A DNA stretch of 32,000 bases from Acutalibacteraceae bacterium (GTDB lineage: Bacteria; Bacillota; Clostridia; Oscillospirales; Acutalibacteraceae): positions 1 through 32,000 of the forward strand of contig JAZNOZ010000043.1 of NCBI GenBank assembly GCA_045589395.1, written 5' to 3'. The position numbers were made by a program, and so were the translations under genes. The stretch's first letter is position 1; every line of letters begins with the position of its first letter. Below the pieces are notes generated by a model. The model saw only the letters and a program-made list of their open reading frames with translations. It had not been told where the DNA came from and did not search any database. Below are positions 27,943-32,000 of the stretch, one piece after another.

Positions 27943-28612
27943 CGTTTATCACCGCCATATAGCCTATACCTCGTATGGCAACTATCTTGAATTCCTCCCA
28001 GCCCTCAAAGCGTTTGCGGAGTCGGTTTATATGTACATTAACGGTAACATCCGTGCTTTCCGAATCCATCCCCCATATACTGTCCATAAGCTGCAGACGG
28101 GTAAAAACCTTTTCGGGGGAGGAAAGGAGAGTGTAAATCAGGTAAAATTCCTTCTGAGGCAGAATGAGGCGTTCGCTGTTTTTTATTACGGAGAGTGAAG
28201 AGTAATCGAAAACAACATCTCCGATTTTAAGCTGCTGCTCGCTGATTATTCTGGAACGGCGCAACAATGCTTTTACTCTGAGCAGAAATTCCTCATCATC
28301 AATCGGCTTTACCATATAATCATCTGCGCCTGCAATAAAGCCTTCGCGCTTGTCAACGCTCTGATATTTTGCTGTTACTATAATTATCGGTGTGTTGTTT
28401 CCCGAATCTCTTACCATACGGGTGAATGTAAAGCCGTCAATTTCAGGCATCATAATATCAAGCACTATAAGGTCAATGTGGTTCTTGTCCAGAACCTCAA
28501 GTGCCTGTCTGCCGTTTTCTGCAAGATGCACCTTATAGCCTGCCTGAGAAAGTATTATTTTCATAAGCTTTGCGGAGTTTTTGTTATCCTCTGCAACAAG
28601 AATCTGAAACAT
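27920..28612 (-). CDS. OmpR/PhoB-family response regulator (230 aa)
   Basis: Receiver domain (ILVAEDN, LIVLDIMMPEIDG, IIIVTAK) plus a winged-helix output domain (LPQKEFYLIYTLL..., VNVHINRLRKRF, IVAIRGIGY). ATG 28612 follows AGTGAGG. The stop overlaps the kinase start by 23 nt. Confidence 0.9.
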   Translation of the reverse strand: MFQILVAEDNKNSAKLMKIILSQAGYKVHLAENGRQALEVLDKNHIDLIVLDIMMPEIDGFTFTRMVRDSGNNTPIIIVTAKYQSVDKREGFIAGADDYMVKPIDDEEFLLRVKALLRRSRIISEQQLKIGDVVFDYSSLSVIKNSERLILPQKEFYLIYTLLSSPEKVFTRLQLMDSIWGMDSESTDVTVNVHINRLRKRFEGWEEFKIVAIRGIGYMAVINDEKTKKQ

Positions 28613-28696
28613 ATTATGCCTCACTTTTGCTGTTTTTTTTGTGCGTTCTGTGCCTATTTTAGCACATAATTTTGCGGTTGTGTAAATAAAACACAT

Positions 28697-28706
28697 TTGT
28701 TAACAA
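28697..28706. promoter_or_regulatory. Perfect palindrome TTGTTAACAA, candidate operator (copy 3 of 3)
   Basis: The context is cacaTTTGTTAACAATtt, in the divergent intergenic region between the response regulator and the large secreted ORF. It could double as a -35 (TTGTTA, 17 nt, TATGCT) for the + strand. Confidence 0.35.
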
Positions 28707-28828
28707 TTTGTTCATATTTTATGCTAAAAAGTTTATTTATTGTTTCTTTTATTTTGATATTATTACTATGAATAATAGGTGCAATTATGCCCTTTTTTGG
28801 TATTATTTCACCTTTGTTTGAAAAAAGA

Positions 28829-28890
28829 GCTGCTGTTTCAAAAAAGGGCTGCTCAAAAGGCAGTGTGGGAAACTTTTTTGAAACAGCAGC
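28829..28890. promoter_or_regulatory. 18-bp perfect inverted repeat (26-nt spacer) immediately upstream of the large ORF's RBS
   Basis: gctgctgtttcaaaaaag (28829-28846) is exactly reverse-complementary to cttttttgaaacagcagc (28873-28890). The spacer contains a third degenerate copy (ggctgctcaaaagg). The function is unknown: 5'-UTR stem-loop, operator, or - strand terminator. Confidence 0.5.
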
Positions 28891-28913
28891 GAAAAACGAA
28901 AGGAAGATTTTGC

Positions 28914-31900
28914 ATGAAAATTGCGAAAAAAGCATTAAGCGTGTTTTTAGCATTGTTAATGGTATTTACCGCTTGTGCAGCAGGATTGCCCGGTATGGTT
29001 GCTCTGGCAGCTGAGGGTGACTCCAAGTACACCAAAGCAGAAGTAATAACGCTTGTTAATGCTGCGGTTGCAAATGGCTATTCTGCAAAAAGCAGCGGTA
29101 ATGCGACCAACATCACCGGAGATAACGGTAATGTTCTTGCTGCTGCAGACGCTATTTTTGACTATGCGGTCAAAACATACCGTGAAGGCAGAAAGGCAGA
29201 GTCTGCTTATAACTCAGGTGATACACTTTGTGAAAAGTTTATATCTGATTTCAGCTCAAGCTTTTCAGGAACAGCCCTTAATGCAATGAAAGCGCTTGCA
29301 ACAGATGTGCTTAATCCCAACGGTACAACTGTTTATGGCTACAGCAAAAGAACCCAATTATCCGACACTTATACGCACACGGAAACCGGTAGGTTGAGTA
29401 AACCGGAGCCTTTAGCTGCAGTTGGAACTGATGTTACAACTAACAGTGCGATTCCGGCAAGTAAATTCAAATCCAATCCACCGTACAATGTTACTAAAAC
29501 AGTTGCGATAGATATTAATCTGGATGATTATCTTTGCGGTTTTGATACAATTGAAGATATTCCCAGCTCATTTATCACAAGTGTGAGCTATACCTATGCT
29601 CATACTACGGGCAAGTATGCATATGTTACCGCAACCAACAAAGGTGGTAGTTTCTTAAACTATAAGACAACCACGAACATTACAACCTATACATGGAACT
29701 ATATGTCCGCAAAGCCTGTAAGAGTTGTTACAAAGAACACAACAGCTAAGAAGTACCTTAAGTCAATTGATAAGTTCTTCAATGCAGACAGACTTGCTCT
29801 TACAAAGGCTGATCTGCTTGAAATGAGCCTTGCAGACCTTGAGTACCTTAACACTCAGGCTGGTAGCTTCCGAACAATGATGAACGAAAACTTCTCTGCT
29901 GCAACACTTACTCATTTCGGTTTTGCTCCCTCCAAAATCAATGAGCTTATAGACAATATTAATTTTGCATACAGAGCAGTTGCAGGTAAGGCTGCTATTG
30001 ACACTCTTAACGCTTATATCGGCACTGAATATAACAAAGAGAGCTATGCAGAAATGTCAAGCCTTTATTCAAAGGTTTCCTCAGCTTATGATATTGTTTT
30101 CTCCTTTAAGCAGGATGTTATTGACTATATAGTCGGTGACGGTGGTTACTCAGAACAGTACGCAGATGCTCTTGCTCTCAAGACAACTGCCCAAGCTTAT
30201 ATCGCTACTCTTAAGGATATTATGACCGAGCAGCGTCTTGAAGAGCTTGTCAATTCAATGATGGCTAAGTATGACGCGTATTATTCTCTGCTTGACAAGG
30301 AAAACATTGCAGTTCCCGGCGATGAAGAAATCACTCACCTTGTCAGTCAGGTAGCTTCCTGGAACGGCATACTTGCTACATACACAGGCTACGGCTATTA
30401 CAGAACCTACTATACAACGGAAATCGAAGCAAAATGGAATGACTTCACAACAAAGCTCAATGAAGTTGCCCAAGTAAGAGGTCTTAAAGCAGATTATAAG
30501 GACTTCTATGATTGGTTCTACTATCTTCTTTACACAACTGAAATTTCAGATGCTTCTGATGAGCAGTTGATGAGTATTTATGAAGATACAGAAAAGCGTC
30601 TTGGTGAGCTCAGAGCTAAGTATAACGAAATCGTCAGCAAGTACGGCAACTATGTAATTGCTGATAAGATTTTCACAATCAAATATGAAGGCTCTGATTA
30701 TCTTCTTCAGACTCTGATTGAGAATTCAAAAACAGCCGGTTTTGCTGCTATTAAGACAGAGCTTATTAACAGGGCAAAGAATGATATTGATTCTGTTATG
30801 GTTTACAGCGGTGTTACTCAGGTTAACTTTGAAAACTTTGCAGATATCAAGTCAACTCTTTCGCACTATGGCTATGACCTTTACGATTATGTAACCGGTG
30901 GCAACAGAGAAAAGACAAATTGGCTTTCAAGCGATTATGTAACAAAGCATTCAATGGTACAGACTCTTCTTGACAGATACCATGCATTCACTAAAACAAA
31001 CGGCAAAGCATCTTACGATGAGCTTAAGAAAAACTTCGGTTTTGCAGATGCGAACGGTCTTTATGCAATCCGTTATGCCGGCAGTCAGTTTATTGAGGTT
31101 GACGGTGAAGATGAAAACGGCAATCCCATCACAGTAACCGAGCAGATAGGCTATCCCAATGATATAGCAAGAGACGGTGCTGATGATAACTACTATGTCG
31201 ATGAGGAGCTTCTTGTTGGCACAGTGAAAAAAATCGATAACTTTATAACTTCCCGTGATTTCGGTGCTCTTGCCGGATTTGTTAATGTTGAAACAGAAGA
31301 AGCAACTGATCTTAAGACTTATATAAATCAGATGCTCGCTGAAATGCTCTACACAGATGAGATGCTCAACACTCTTGTTGGTGCTGTTTATCCCATGCTT
31401 GTTGATCTTATCAACACAGAGCTTATCGGTGCAATTTCTAATCTTTCCGATCCTCCTGCCCAGCCTAACATTACCGGTGCAAATGCGGCAATTAATGTTG
31501 GTGCTATGAGCGATGACCTTAAGGGCTCCGGTATTGCTAACCTTTTCATTGATGATGCAAAGTACAACGGTAAACAGTATCAGAACTACTTGTACAAGGC
31601 TTTTGCAGATTTAGGTCTGTATATTTATCCCACAACACTTGCCGATTCACTTGCAATTTCCAACCCCTCTTTCTACGGCAAGGACACTGATATGTACAAG
31701 GCTCTTAAAGCTGCAGACAGAGATTGGTCACAGCTTGTTTGTGAAGATGATCCCAACACACTTAATGTGGATGAAACAAAGGTTCTTGAGTTTGAATGGG
31801 GTGTATACGATCAGGATTCATTCCTTGATGCTATAGCTTGTGTCCTTGACCCTCTGCTTCCCCTTCTTCAATCACTTCTTGCCGGTGCAGCTTATTCGGA

Positions 31901-32000
31901 AACTGCATCAAATGCAGCTTATGCTGTTGTTGATAAGATTAAGTACAGCATCTTTACTGTAGAAGATGTTGCTGCTTACGGTGATATCGTTCTCGGAATT
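28914..32000 (+). CDS. Very large secreted protein of unknown function; N-terminal 1029 codons, ORF continues beyond the window
   Basis: ATG 28914 lies 7 nt after AAAGGAAG. My manual translation found no stop through base 32000, which is why it is absent from the ORF track. The signal peptide is MKIAKKALSVFLALLMVFTACAAGLPGMVALA|AEG. The mature part is Y/T/N/D-rich and helical in places, with no motif I can assign. Confidence 0.8.
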   Translation, partial: MKIAKKALSVFLALLMVFTACAAGLPGMVALAAEGDSKYTKAEVITLVNAAVANGYSAKSSGNATNITGDNGNVLAAADAIFDYAVKTYREGRKAESAYNSGDTLCEKFISDFSSSFSGTALNAMKALATDVLNPNGTTVYGYSKRTQLSDTYTHTETGRLSKPEPLAAVGTDVTTNSAIPASKFKSNPPYNVTKTVAIDINLDDYLCGFDTIEDIPSSFITSVSYTYAHTTGKYAYVTATNKGGSFLNYKTTTNITTYTWNYMSAKPVRVVTKNTTAKKYLKSIDKFFNADRLALTKADLLEMSLADLEYLNTQAGSFRTMMNENFSAATLTHFGFAPSKINELIDNINFAYRAVAGKAAIDTLNAYIGTEYNKESYAEMSSLYSKVSSAYDIVFSFKQDVIDYIVGDGGYSEQYADALALKTTAQAYIATLKDIMTEQRLEELVNSMMAKYDAYYSLLDKENIAVPGDEEITHLVSQVASWNGILATYTGYGYYRTYYTTEIEAKWNDFTTKLNEVAQVRGLKADYKDFYDWFYYLLYTTEISDASDEQLMSIYEDTEKRLGELRAKYNEIVSKYGNYVIADKIFTIKYEGSDYLLQTLIENSKTAGFAAIKTELINRAKNDIDSVMVYSGVTQVNFENFADIKSTLSHYGYDLYDYVTGGNREKTNWLSSDYVTKHSMVQTLLDRYHAFTKTNGKASYDELKKNFGFADANGLYAIRYAGSQFIEVDGEDENGNPITVTEQIGYPNDIARDGADDNYYVDEELLVGTVKKIDNFITSRDFGALAGFVNVETEEATDLKTYINQMLAEMLYTDEMLNTLVGAVYPMLVDLINTELIGAISNLSDPPAQPNITGANAAINVGAMSDDLKGSGIANLFIDDAKYNGKQYQNYLYKAFADLGLYIYPTTLADSLAISNPSFYGKDTDMYKALKAADRDWSQLVCEDDPNTLNVDETKVLEFEWGVYDQDSFLDAIACVLDPLLPLLQSLLAGAAYSETASNAAYAVVDKIKYSIFTVEDVAAYGDIVLGI

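Noticed and set aside
28829-28890. The inverted repeat as a + strand intrinsic terminator or attenuator for the large ORF
   Set aside because: On the + strand the stem is followed by gaaaaacgaaagg with no U-tract. Only the - strand reading has a T-run.
28654-29035. Track ORFs 28654..28953(-), 28787..29014(+) and 28853..29035(-)
   Set aside because: They run through the 18-bp inverted repeat, or overlap the well-supported start of the large secreted ORF in other frames. None has an RBS.

Overview
This window looks like a low-GC Clostridia chromosomal segment, possibly Ruminococcaceae-like (inference from dockerin/cohesin-like sequences and codon style). It is mostly housekeeping genes. In order:

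- the dockerin-like 3' end of a CDS that starts upstream
- a translationally coupled DUF4037 nucleotidyltransferase and TPR gene pair (- strand)
- comM/yifB, an EFR1-type flavodoxin-ferredoxin and a LOG-family protein (+)
- DegV, a membrane protein and an AMP-forming ligase (-)
- a tRNA-Asp/tRNA-Thr operon, plus a PF06541 membrane protein and an HD hydrolase (-)
- RNase P RNA (+)
- a small membrane protein, then addB-addA (+)
- rpmE, yigZ, dnaG-rpoD (+), running without a visible terminator into a cohesin-like lipoprotein, a metallophosphoesterase and an alaA-like aminotransferase
- a BceRS-like two-component system (-)
- a very large secreted protein (+), divergent from the two-component system, still open after 1029 codons at the window edge and absent from the ORF track

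I found no recognisable defence island, prophage, IS element or CRISPR array. The features most worth a second look are:

1. A roughly 150-170 bp hairpin-ended mosaic repeat family (MITE/PATE/BIME-like), present in at least three full copies plus fragments. It sits in two gaps between convergent genes.
2. The large secreted ORF, its 18-bp perfect inverted repeat and the adjacent intramembrane-sensing kinase.
3. The perfect palindrome TTGTTAACAA, found three times and only in promoter regions.
4. A long AT-rich hairpin between the two tRNAs.

All protein family calls come from reading motifs by eye. No database search was possible.
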